Below are positions 37,487 through 47,100 of a DNA stretch of 64,000 nucleotides, one piece after another. The notes below the pieces were generated by a model. That model saw only the letters and a program-made list of their open reading frames with translations, did no database searches and was not told the DNA's origin. A program made the translations under genes and the position numbers. Numbering within the stretch: position 1 is the stretch's first letter; each line of letters starts with the position of its first letter. Source of the DNA: Candidatus Binatia bacterium (lineage in GTDB: Bacteria; Desulfobacterota; Binatia; UBA9968; JAJDTQ01); contig OY762897.2 of assembly GCA_963666515.2 (NCBI GenBank), forward strand, positions 3,936,001 to 4,000,000, in the 5' to 3' direction.

Positions 37487-38806
37487 ATGGCGGGTGTCGC
37501 AGACTCCGCTGCCGACGTGCATCAGGAATCGCCCGTCCCCTGGCGCCGGCTCTTCGCCGTATTCTGGCGTATCGGCATCCTGTCCTTCGGCGGCCCGGCG
37601 GCGCAGATAGCGCTCATGCACCGGGTCCTGGTGGAGGAGGAACGGTGGCTCGACGAGCCAAGGTTTCTGGGCGCCCTCAGCTTCTGCATGTTGCTGCCCG
37701 GCCCAGAGGCCATGCAGCTCGCCACCTACTCGGGGTGGCAGCTTCGCGGCGTGCCCGGCGGGTTGCTGGCGGGCCTCCTGTTCGTGGTACCCGGCGCTCT
37801 GGTGGTGCTCGGGCTGGCGATGCTCTACGCGGCCGGAGGTCACCTGCCGCTGGTGGCCGCGCTGTTCCTGGGGATCAAGGGCGCGGTCCTGGTCATCGTC
37901 ATCGAGGCCCTGCTGCGGGTGGCGAACAGGGCGCTGCATTCAGCCGTGCACTGGATCGTCGCGGGCCTGGCCTTCGTGGGAATCTTCTTCCTGTCGGTCC
38001 CGTTCCCGATCATCATCCTGGTAGCCGGTCTGACCGGATTTTGCCTGCTCGGCGGCCGGAGCGCCGGAACGACCGGAACCGGGCGGGGCGGCGGCTCGAT
38101 GTCCGGCACGGCGAGGACAATCACCTTGTGGCTGGCCGTCTGGTGGACGCCGGTGCTGCTGCTCATGGCCCTGGGCGGCTACGACATCCTGGTGCAGCTC
38201 GGCAATTTCTTCTCCCGCCTCGCGGTGGTCACCTTCGGCGGCGCCTACGCGGTGCTGGCCTACTTGGCACAGGACGTGGTCACCCATCACGGCTGGTTGA
38301 CGGCCGGTGAGATGATGGACGGCCTGGGGCTTGCGGAAACAACCCCGGGGCCGCTGATCCTGGTCACGGAATTCGTTGGCTACATCGCCGCCTACCGGGC
38401 GGGCGGGTTGGGCATGGGCATCGCCGGCGCGCTGGTCACCCTCTGGGTCACGTTCGCCCCCTGCTTCCTGTGGATTTTTGCCGGCGCGCCCTACATCGAG
38501 CAGCTCACGGCCCAGCCGCGCCTCAAGGGCGCCCTGGAGGCCATCACGGCCGCGGTGGTGGGCGTCATACTCAACCTCTCCATCTGGTTCAGCCTGCACG
38601 TCCTGTTCGCCGAACTGTCGTCCCACCAAAGCGGCCCGCTCAAGCTCCTGGTGCCGGACTGGCACTCCCTGGACTGGCGGGTCCTGGCGGTCGGCGCCGT
38701 CAGCGCGATCATGCTCCTCTGGCGGCGCCAGTCCCTCATGAGAACCCTGGCCGTCGCGGCCCTGATGGGCCTGGGCTTCGGTGCAATGGGTTACTTCGCC
38801 GGATGA
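37487..38806 (+). CDS. chrA: Chromate efflux transporter
   Basis: SFGGP, LPGPEA, TFGGAY, TTPGP repeated CHR motifs. Confidence 0.92.
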   Translation: MAGVADSAADVHQESPVPWRRLFAVFWRIGILSFGGPAAQIALMHRVLVEEERWLDEPRFLGALSFCMLLPGPEAMQLATYSGWQLRGVPGGLLAGLLFVVPGALVVLGLAMLYAAGGHLPLVAALFLGIKGAVLVIVIEALLRVANRALHSAVHWIVAGLAFVGIFFLSVPFPIIILVAGLTGFCLLGGRSAGTTGTGRGGGSMSGTARTITLWLAVWWTPVLLLMALGGYDILVQLGNFFSRLAVVTFGGAYAVLAYLAQDVVTHHGWLTAGEMMDGLGLAETTPGPLILVTEFVGYIAAYRAGGLGMGIAGALVTLWVTFAPCFLWIFAGAPYIEQLTAQPRLKGALEAITAAVVGVILNLSIWFSLHVLFAELSSHQSGPLKLLVPDWHSLDWRVLAVGAVSAIMLLWRRQSLMRTLAVAALMGLGFGAMGYFAG

Positions 38807-38913
38807 TGGAAATTTGCTGTGCAGCAAATATATGCCTTACGCTGAATAATAGACGGCTGGGTTAAGCTTCCAGCATTCCCCCAATCCAGCGGTTGTAGCT
38901 GTGGCACAGCAGT

Positions 38914-39338
38914 TCAGAGGCTCAGGACAAACTCGTGAGCCTTGGTCATTTGAAATCGCATTTGCACAGTACGTCTCGTCCAAGCAGTGCATCAAAAGCG
39001 GAGGTCTTTGCCAACTCGACAAGCCGGATCTCAGAGGCAACGTAACTCTGACCGTGGGGTTCCTCAAAGTACAACACGACATCTCCATCATACCAATTCG
39101 TGGGTTGAGTCCCATGTATGGATTGGACTGGCCATTTCCCCCGGATAGGCAACCCCACGCGCTCAGCAATTGTTGCCTTGATGCTGGTTCTGGACGCACC
39201 TGTGTCCAACAGGGCCTTGACCTTGACGATATAGGGCACAGGTCCCGTCTGCTGAGACGGGAAGGAATTGGGCTTGGCTATCCCGATCCTTACGATGATA
39301 CCGGTGAGCGGATCGAAGCTCCCCCTAAGGGACGACAT
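38914..39338 (-). pseudogene. Retropepsin-like aspartyl protease with probable 1-nt frameshift near 3' end
   Basis: ALLDTGAS and LLGRD motifs; stops at 38946, but adding one A gives the tail FKMTKAHEFVLSL* ending at 38914. Confidence 0.65.
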
Positions 39339-39594
39339 GCGAGAACCATCCAAGATCTACCGCCTCATCGGTTACCTCTTGGACGGAGAACAGGCCGTCG
39401 TCAAAGGTGCGTTCACCATGTTGTGCGGCTTCTCTCGCGCTGGAGAAGAACTCTATGATCTCCTCGTCTCGTAGAAGAGCAAATTGACCAGGATTGGTCT
39501 TGAGGAGTTCAGGGAGTCGTTTGCTGAAGGCTTCGTAGTTAGCGTCTACCGTTTCCTGAATTTTAGCGCGGGCAGGACCCTCGGACTTGGCCAT
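39325..39594 (-). CDS. Small hypothetical protein (DUF5678-like), coupled to the aspartyl protease
   Basis: RBS GGAGG; NYEAF..LPELL...GQFALL pattern; overlaps protease start. Confidence 0.7.
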   Translation of the reverse strand: MAKSEGPARAKIQETVDANYEAFSKRLPELLKTNPGQFALLRDEEIIEFFSSAREAAQHGERTFDDGLFSVQEVTDEAVDLGWFSHVVP

Positions 39595-39796
39595 GGCAAC
39601 CTCCATACGTTGGTACGTGCCTACCCCGATACGGCACGTAACTCTCCATACTCGGCGGTTGCCACCTGACCTTTAGTACTCGGTGGTATTTTTCAAAGTC
39701 AAGGGGTGGTTTACAAGATATTGTTTTTTATGGCGTCAAAAACCGCTCTGGACCAGACCATCCCCGAGGCAACGCCCTTCCACGCCGACGCCCATC

Positions 39797-40828
39797 TCAC
39801 AGGTTGTACAGCGCCCGCGCGTTCCCCCCGCAGATCTTGGCCGCGACCTCCGGGCTCAGCCGCGGGTCGTTGGCGACGCCGTCGATGGCCAGCAGTTCCG
39901 TGGCGCTGTCGGCGTGGCCGTAGTCGGTGCCGACCACCAGGTGGTCTTCCCCGGCGTTCTCGATGATGTACGGAAGGTCGTCGGTGGTCTCGCACCCGAC
40001 CCATATCCGGGTCTTTGCCAGCATCTCGTTCCGGTTGTGCCCCTGCTCCTTTACGTAGGGGCGTTTGTACAGGTCGGTCAGCGCGTAGGGCAGCCACTGC
40101 GCGCTGACCTCCAGGAACCCCATCTTGAGCTGCGGGAATCGCTCGGGGATGCCGCCGGCGACGATGGTGTGGAACGCCCCCACCACCACCAGCTTGAACT
40201 TCGAGAAGGCCACGGGTTCGTACTTGTAGTAGTCGTGCAGCACGGAGCTGCCGTTGGAGGCGTGGATGCACACCGGCATGTCCAGCCTGCCGGCGGCGTC
40301 GTACACCGGATAGAAGAAGGGATCGTTCAGCAGCCGCTCGCCCTCGGAGCCGCGCATGTAGATGCCCACCGCGCCGTTCTCCTTGGCCAGCCGGGCTTCC
40401 TCGTGCACCTGTTCCGGGCTGAGGAGCGGCACCACCGCCACCCAGCGCAGGCGGTTGTCGGACTGCTTCCAGCACTCGCCCATCCAGCGGTTGTAGCTGC
40501 GGCACAGCGCCAGCTCGATCTCGGGCCGGGGCGTCAGCGGGATGATGAAGATGGTGGGGAAGATCACCTGGATGTCCACCTTCAACTCGTCCATGTGCCT
40601 GAGCCGCGCGGACACGTCGCGCAGTTCCCGGGACTCCAGCGGCGTGTCCTTGCCCACGTTGCGGGACTTGAGCCGCAACGTGCCGTCCACCAGCCAGTAC
40701 TGGTCCCCGGACCCGGAGCCGTTGGTGGAGCCGACGACCTCGGGCCGGTACTTGCGGTCGGCGCCGTCCATGAATTCCCAGGTCTCCTCGGTTTCGAGCA
40801 CGTGTGCGTCTGCGTCGATTCTGAGCAT
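39797..40828 (-). CDS. Amidohydrolase_2 family protein
   Basis: IDADAH, CIHA, GFLE, GTDYGH. Confidence 0.9.
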   Translation of the reverse strand: MLRIDADAHVLETEETWEFMDGADRKYRPEVVGSTNGSGSGDQYWLVDGTLRLKSRNVGKDTPLESRELRDVSARLRHMDELKVDIQVIFPTIFIIPLTPRPEIELALCRSYNRWMGECWKQSDNRLRWVAVVPLLSPEQVHEEARLAKENGAVGIYMRGSEGERLLNDPFFYPVYDAAGRLDMPVCIHASNGSSVLHDYYKYEPVAFSKFKLVVVGAFHTIVAGGIPERFPQLKMGFLEVSAQWLPYALTDLYKRPYVKEQGHNRNEMLAKTRIWVGCETTDDLPYIIENAGEDHLVVGTDYGHADSATELLAIDGVANDPRLSPEVAAKICGGNARALYNL

Positions 40829-40982
40829 GTCGAGGCTCCCTTCGCGCTTGAGGCTGCGGGTCAATGAATGCCTGCGGTTTAACACCGGCGTCGATACGGC
40901 GTCAACGCCGACATACGCGCATTCGACAAGGCGCGCGGCAACTGGTATGGAAGTCGCGGAATCGCGAACGGAGACGAATATC

Positions 40983-42029
40983 ATGACCCGACCATTCCCG
41001 CTCTTGAAGGGTGTCCTGGGCGCGGCGCTCCTGCTGTTCACGGCTCGCGCCGCCACGGTCTTCGCCGCCACCGTTTTCGCCGCCACGGTCTTCACCGCCA
41101 CGCTCGGCGCCGCCGCCGCGGAGGCCGCCTCCCTCAAGGTCGCCCACTCCACCTGGGTCGGGTTCGGCCCGTTCTACGTTGCCAGGGAGAAGGGCTTCTT
41201 TGCCGCGGAGGGGCTCGACGTGGAGCTGATCGTCATGGAGGACGTGAAGACGCGGCTGCCGGCCCTGGCCGCGGGGAGGGTCGACGTCACTACGACCACG
41301 GTGGACACGGTGCTCAACTTCTACTCCGCGCGGCGGCCCTTCCGCTACCTGTTCGCCATCGACGACAGCAAGGGGGGAGACGGCATCGTCGCCGACAAGG
41401 ACATCCGCGCCGTCGCCGACCTCAAGGGAAAGAAGGTCGCCTTCAGCGAGGGGTCGGTGTCGCAGTTCTACCTGAGCGTCCTCCTGAAGGAGAACGGCCT
41501 GTCACTGGCCGACGTCGAGATGGTCAACATGGACGCGGGCTCGGCCGGCGCCGCGTTCGTGGCCAGGCGCGTGCAGGCGGCCGTGACCTGGGAGCCCTGG
41601 CTCACCCGCGGCCGGCAGGCCGCGCACGGCCACGTCCTGGTGGACAGCTCCTCGTCTCCCGGACTGATCACCGACGTCGTCCTCACGACCGAGGCAACGC
41701 TCAAGGCGCGGGCGGCGGATCTGCGGGCGTTCTACCGCGCCTGGGTCAGGGCCGTGGAGTGGCGGAAGGCCAACGAGGCCGAGGCGGACGCCATCATGGC
41801 CCGGGGCGTCGGCGGCTGGCTCAGGAAGCCGGAGGTCTTCAAGCAGACCCGCGCCGGCGTCGCCTACTATGACGACGCCATGAACCGGGCTTTCATCGGC
41901 ACGGCCGGGAAGCCGGGCGCGATCACCCGGACCATCGGCAACGCCCTCGTCCTGGGGCGGGAAGCCGGCCTGTTCGACCACGACCTGAAGCCCGCTTCCC
42001 TCATCGCGTTCGAGATCGTCAACCCGTGA
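40983..42029 (+). CDS. ABC transporter substrate-binding protein (NitT/TauT/SsuA-like)
   Basis: Signal peptide, WVGFGPFYVA.EKGFF, DSKGGDGIVA, VTWEPW. Confidence 0.88.
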   Translation: MTRPFPLLKGVLGAALLLFTARAATVFAATVFAATVFTATLGAAAAEAASLKVAHSTWVGFGPFYVAREKGFFAAEGLDVELIVMEDVKTRLPALAAGRVDVTTTTVDTVLNFYSARRPFRYLFAIDDSKGGDGIVADKDIRAVADLKGKKVAFSEGSVSQFYLSVLLKENGLSLADVEMVNMDAGSAGAAFVARRVQAAVTWEPWLTRGRQAAHGHVLVDSSSSPGLITDVVLTTEATLKARAADLRAFYRAWVRAVEWRKANEAEADAIMARGVGGWLRKPEVFKQTRAGVAYYDDAMNRAFIGTAGKPGAITRTIGNALVLGREAGLFDHDLKPASLIAFEIVNP

Positions 42030-42039
42030 GCCTCGCCGG

Positions 42040-42837
42040 ATGACCAACACGCGGTCGGTGTTCGCGCCGAAGGTTGACATCCCCCGGCGGCTCTACGCCT
42101 TCCTGAGCGCGGCCACCGTCCTCTCCATCCTGGGCCTCTGGTGCGTGCTGACCTACGGCGGCATCGCCGCGCCGGACTTCCTCGCCGCGCCGCACGAGAT
42201 CGCCGCGGCCGGCTGGGAGCGGGTGCGCGACGCCTCCCTGTTCCGGCACATGGGCGCGAGCCTGCTGGTGATCCTGTCGGGCTTCGCGCTGGCGTCGGTC
42301 CTGGCCGTGCCCCTGGGCATCCTCACCGGCAGCTTCCGGTTCGTCGCCGCCATCGTCGAGCCCGTCGCCGGCTTCATGCGCTACATCCCCGTCAGCTCCC
42401 TGATCCCGCTGCTGATCCTGTGGATCGGCATCGGCATCGAGCAGAAGATCGCGGTCATCTTCCTGGGCACCTTCTTCCAGCAGCTCGTCCTCTTCGCCGA
42501 CGTGTCCGCGCGGGTCAGCAAGGACCTCATCGACTGCGCCTACACCCTCGGCGCCAACCGCCGGCAGGTGGTGGGTCGGGTGCTGCTGCCGGCCTGCATG
42601 CCCGGGGTGATGGACAACCTGCGGGTCACCATGGGCTGGGCCTGGACCTACCTGGTGGTGGCCGAGATCGTCGCCGCCAACACCGGCTTGGGCTACATGA
42701 TCCTCAACGCCATGCGCGGGCTGGCCACCGACGTGATCCTGCTCGGCGTCCTCACCATCGGCCTGCTCGGACTGCTCACCGACCTCCTGTTCAAGCTGCT
42801 GCGGCGCAGGCTGCTGCCCTGGTCGTCCACCTTCTGA
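42040..42837 (+). CDS. ABC transporter permease (TauC/SsuC-like)
   Basis: RYIP, AYTLGA (EAA loop), WTYLVVAE. Confidence 0.9.
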   Translation: MTNTRSVFAPKVDIPRRLYAFLSAATVLSILGLWCVLTYGGIAAPDFLAAPHEIAAAGWERVRDASLFRHMGASLLVILSGFALASVLAVPLGILTGSFRFVAAIVEPVAGFMRYIPVSSLIPLLILWIGIGIEQKIAVIFLGTFFQQLVLFADVSARVSKDLIDCAYTLGANRRQVVGRVLLPACMPGVMDNLRVTMGWAWTYLVVAEIVAANTGLGYMILNAMRGLATDVILLGVLTIGLLGLLTDLLFKLLRRRLLPWSSTF

Positions 42838-42851
42838 GCCTGGTGAGAGCG

Positions 42852-43622
42852 ATGCTGGCCTTCGACCAGGTTTCCGTCCGATTCGACCTCCGGGGAAAGC
42901 CGCCGGTGACGGCCCTCGACCGGGTCTCCCTGGCGGTGGAAGACAGCCGGTTCTCGGTGGTCGTGGGACCGTCGGGATGCGGCAAGTCCACGCTGCTGCG
43001 GCTGGCCGCGGGGCTGCAGGCGCCCACCGAAGGCGGCGTCACCCTGGACGGCGAGCCCATCCTCGGGCCGTCCGCGGACCGCGGCATGGTCTTCCAGAGC
43101 TACACGCTGTTCCCCTGGCTCACCGTGCAGCGCAACGTCGAGTTCGGCCTCACCCTCAAGGGCGCCGGCAGGCCGGAGCGGGAGAGGGTCGCCGCCGGCC
43201 TGATGGAGCAGGTGGGCCTGGCCGGCTTCGAGCACGCCTACCCCGAGCAGCTATCGGGCGGCATGAGGCAGCGGGCGGCGATCGCGCGCGCCCTCGCCAA
43301 CGACCCCCGGATACTCCTCATGGACGAGCCCTTCGGCGCCCTCGACAGCCAGACCCGCCAGCTCATGCAGCAACTGCTGCTCGACGTGTGGGAACGCGAC
43401 CACAAGACCGTGCTCTTCATCACCCACGACACCGACGAGGCCATCTTCCTCGCCGACACCGTGCACGTCATGACCGCCCGCCCCGGCCGCATCAAGCGGT
43501 CGCTGTCCATCGACATCCCCCGCCCGCGCAGCGCCGACACCCTCACCTCCACGGACTTCATCCGCCACAAGCGCGAGATCCTCGCGCTCATGCGCGACGA
43601 GGCGTTGCGCAGACCGCAATGA
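42852..43622 (+). CDS. ABC transporter ATP-binding protein (TauB-like)
   Basis: GPSGCGKS, LSGGMRQR, LLMDEPF. Confidence 0.93.
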   Translation: MLAFDQVSVRFDLRGKPPVTALDRVSLAVEDSRFSVVVGPSGCGKSTLLRLAAGLQAPTEGGVTLDGEPILGPSADRGMVFQSYTLFPWLTVQRNVEFGLTLKGAGRPERERVAAGLMEQVGLAGFEHAYPEQLSGGMRQRAAIARALANDPRILLMDEPFGALDSQTRQLMQQLLLDVWERDHKTVLFITHDTDEAIFLADTVHVMTARPGRIKRSLSIDIPRPRSADTLTSTDFIRHKREILALMRDEALRRPQ

Positions 43623-44003
43623 TGAAGGCGCAGGGCATTCACACCTGCCTCGACCCTTTTGCTTGACATCCTCAGTCATATTGGTGTCGCAAAATGCGAC
43701 GCTCGTCTCATTTTGAGATAAATCCGTACGGATTCTTCAAAACTTCCTCTAAAACAATAGGTTAGCGGCCTAAAAAGGACCGTCGAGCCTTCTTCTTCTG
43801 TGCATTTACGGTAAATATATAATGTCTATTGCATGTCTAACGCTAGACCAACTCCTGTAAGGGTCGCTTATCCATGACGTCCAAACCTGGCCTGAAATTT
43901 CCTTCCATCCATGGTCACTGATTCCGACCTTCTAAAAACACTTTCCATTCTACAAAGAGGATGTTTGTGCCCGGCATCGAGCGTCTTTCCTACCGTTCTT
44001 CCC

Positions 44004-44021
44004 TGTCGCAATTCTGCGACA
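44004..44021 (+). promoter_or_regulatory. Putative enhancer (UAS) for a sigma-54 activator
   Basis: Palindrome TGTCGCA-ATTC-TGCGACA ~80-95 bp upstream of the -24 box; related copy at 43685-43700. Confidence 0.65.
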
Positions 44022-44098
44022 AATCCAGCGACGCCGTCGTTTTCCCCAAGGTTATCTAACCCATTGAATTAATTAGCTTTATTCCCATTCCCAGGGGC

Positions 44099-44115
44099 TT
44101 GGCACCATCTTTGCT
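44099..44115 (+). promoter_or_regulatory. Sigma-54 (-24/-12) promoter of the adhesin gene
   Basis: TTGGCAC-CATCT-TTGCT, exact GG-N10-GC consensus, 68 nt before ATG with RBS AGGAGGT. Confidence 0.85.
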
Positions 44116-44183
44116 ACTGTAGATCGGGTTGCGAGAAGGACAGCGCCTTTTCCGTCGGATGTCGCTGTCGAGGAGGTAGCCCG

Positions 44184-47100
44184 ATGCTCAGCCTTTTGAC
44201 CAAGCGTTTGACCACCGTTGCAAGCCGGAAGCGAGCATGCGCTCGCTGCTGCGACCCGCACAACGCGCCGATTCGGGTCGCCAAGCGCCGCGTCGCTGGA
44301 TTCGCCGCAACGGCGTTGCTTGCGCTTATTGGTCTGATCGCGACCGACGCGTCCGCACAACAACGCTTCGGCCTCTTAGTGCAGACCACCACCGTGAACG
44401 AAGGGAGTTCGGCTCAGACGATCAGGGTGCGGGTCACGGACAATCAATTCGATAGGCAATACACCCTGAACGGGACGCTGGCTGTCGGCAAGAGCGGCGA
44501 CGGCGCCACCGAGGGCACCGACTACGAGACGGTGGCCGACATCAGCTTCTCGATGACGAAGGACGATACGACGAAGTGGGTGGAGTTCACGCTGACGCCG
44601 AAGCAGGACACCGCGGTTGAGGGGAACGAGAGCATCACGGTGACCGTCAGTGCCTTCGGCTACTCCGATGCAAGCCGCACCATAACACTGACCGACGACG
44701 AGATCAGCCTGTCTACGGACGTGAAGGTGGCGTTTGAGAACGACGACGACACTGTCGTCACGGTGACAGCCACGGCGGCCAGCACGTCGGGGTCGGCGCG
44801 CACGGTGACGATACAGGTGGGTAAGAGCACCGACAGCGCCACCGAGGGCACCGACTACGCCACCGTGGCCGACTTCGACATCACGATCACGGCCAACGCC
44901 AGCAGCGGCACCGGCACCTTCACCCTGGCGCTCATCGACGATACGACGTCGGAATCATCGGCAGCGGACGAGTCGATCTCGATATCCGGCAGCATCTCGG
45001 GCGGTGTTACAGCGTTAGGAACCTCCATAAAGATCTACGACAACGACATCGCGCTGTCGGTGAACCCGTCGAGCGTAAGTGAAGAGGGTTCTCCGGTATC
45101 GGTCACGGTGACGGCGTCGGGTGGCGTGTTCTTCCGGTCGCGGACGATCCGCGTGTCCGTGGGCGGCGGCTCCACGGCAGGCATGGACTACGTTGCGGTA
45201 GATGACTTCAGCATCACGATAGCGGCCAACGAGCGCAGTGCCGCTAGCACCTTCACGTTGACGCCGATCGACGACGGCATTACCGAAGACTGGGACTACG
45301 TCGGGATCGGGGGGAGTTCCCCGCACGCATCGGTAAACGGCACCCGAATCTCTCTGAACGACAACGACCGAGACCCCGATTTTCTGGTACAGGCGGACGT
45401 GTCGACCTTGGGCGAGAACGGCGGCGCGAAGACGGTCACGGTCACCGTGGTCGACAATCGTGACAACAAGGTCGGCAACATCGACGTGGACATTGGTGTG
45501 GGCAGGAGCACCGACAGCGCCACCGAGGGGACCGACTATGCGACGGTCAGTGACTTCAACATCCGGGGCCAGTACGGCCAAACAACGGTGGATGGAACCT
45601 TCACGCTGACGCCGACCAACGATGCGACTCCCGAGGGGACCGAGAGGATCGCGGTATATTCGACCGATCAAAGCATCTACAACTACCGAGATGCGTTCAT
45701 CAACCTGACCGACGACGACGGCGGCACGATCACCCTGTCGGCCAACCCGTCGAGCGTGGGCGAGGGCGCTTCGGCCACTACGGTGACGGTAACCGCGACC
45801 GCGGACAAGGCGCAGTCGGCGGCGAGAACGGTGAAGGTGTCCCTGGGCGGCAGCGGTTCGGCCACCTACGGCGAGGACTACTCGACGGGGAACAGCTACA
45901 GCTTCGACATCACGATCGCCCAGAACGCCTCGAGCGGCACGGGCACGTTCACCCTGACGCCCACCCAGGACACGCTGGTGGAGGGCAACGAGACGGCCGG
46001 GATATCGGCCCGTAGCAACGGTTTCTCGATCACCGGGACGAGCGTGACACTGAGCGACGACGACACCGCCCCGGCGGTGAACCTGAGCGTCAGTCCAACC
46101 AGTTTGGGCGAGGGAGACTCCGGCACCAAGGTGACCGTGACCGCGGCGTTCTCGAACACGAACACGTACGAGTCGGACAAGACCGTGGCGGTATCGGTCG
46201 GCGGCACCGGCACGGCCACCTCGGGCACGGACTACGCGGCCGTGTCGAACTTCAACATCACCATCCCGAAGGGCAAGACCAGCGGCACCGGCACGTTCAC
46301 CCTGACGCCGACCAACGACACCTCGGTCGAGAACCACGAGACCATCGGCGTGGCGGGCACCTCCACGGGCCTGACGGTCAACGGCGCGACCCTGACCTTG
46401 AACGACAACGACAACGACGCGGTGACCTTGTCCGCGGACACGTCGAGCGTCGCCGAGGACGGCTCGGCTACGACGGTGACGGTGACGGCCACGGCCACCA
46501 ACTCGCTCAAGCGGTCGCGCACGGTGACGGTGGCGGTGGGCGGCAGTGGCGACGGCGCCACCGAGGGCACGGACTACACCACCGTCGACGACTTCACCAT
46601 CACCATCGCGGCCGACGCCACCAGCGGCACCGGCACCTTCACCTTGACGCCGACCCAGGACACGTCCATAGAGGGGGACGAGAGCATCGGCATTACGGGC
46701 AGCGGCACGCTGCTGACGGTCACCGGCACCAGCCTGAAGTTGACCGACGACGACGTGCGCACCATCGCGCTCTCGGCCAACAAGTCGACCGTCAGCGAAG
46801 GGGCGGGCGCGACGACCGTGACGGTCACCGCGACCGCCAACTCGGCGGTGACGGAAGCGACCACCGTGACCGTGTCGGTGGGCGATACCGGCGACGGCGC
46901 CACCTCGGGCACGGACTACACCGCGGTGGACGATTTCACCATCACCATCGCGGCCGACGCCACGAAGGGCACGGGGACCTTCACCCTGACGCCGACCCAG
47001 GACACCACCTACGAGGGCGAGGAGTCGGTCTCCGTGACCGGCACCAGCTCGCCCCACACGGTAACCGGCACCAGCCTCGCCATCGGCAACGACGACGGGA

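Noticed and set aside
40830-40980. Riboswitch upstream of the ABC transporter
   Set aside because: Hairpins are possible but no recognisable family consensus
43888-43903. Second sigma-54 promoter TGGCCT-GAAAT-TTCC
   Set aside because: Lacks the conserved -12 GC
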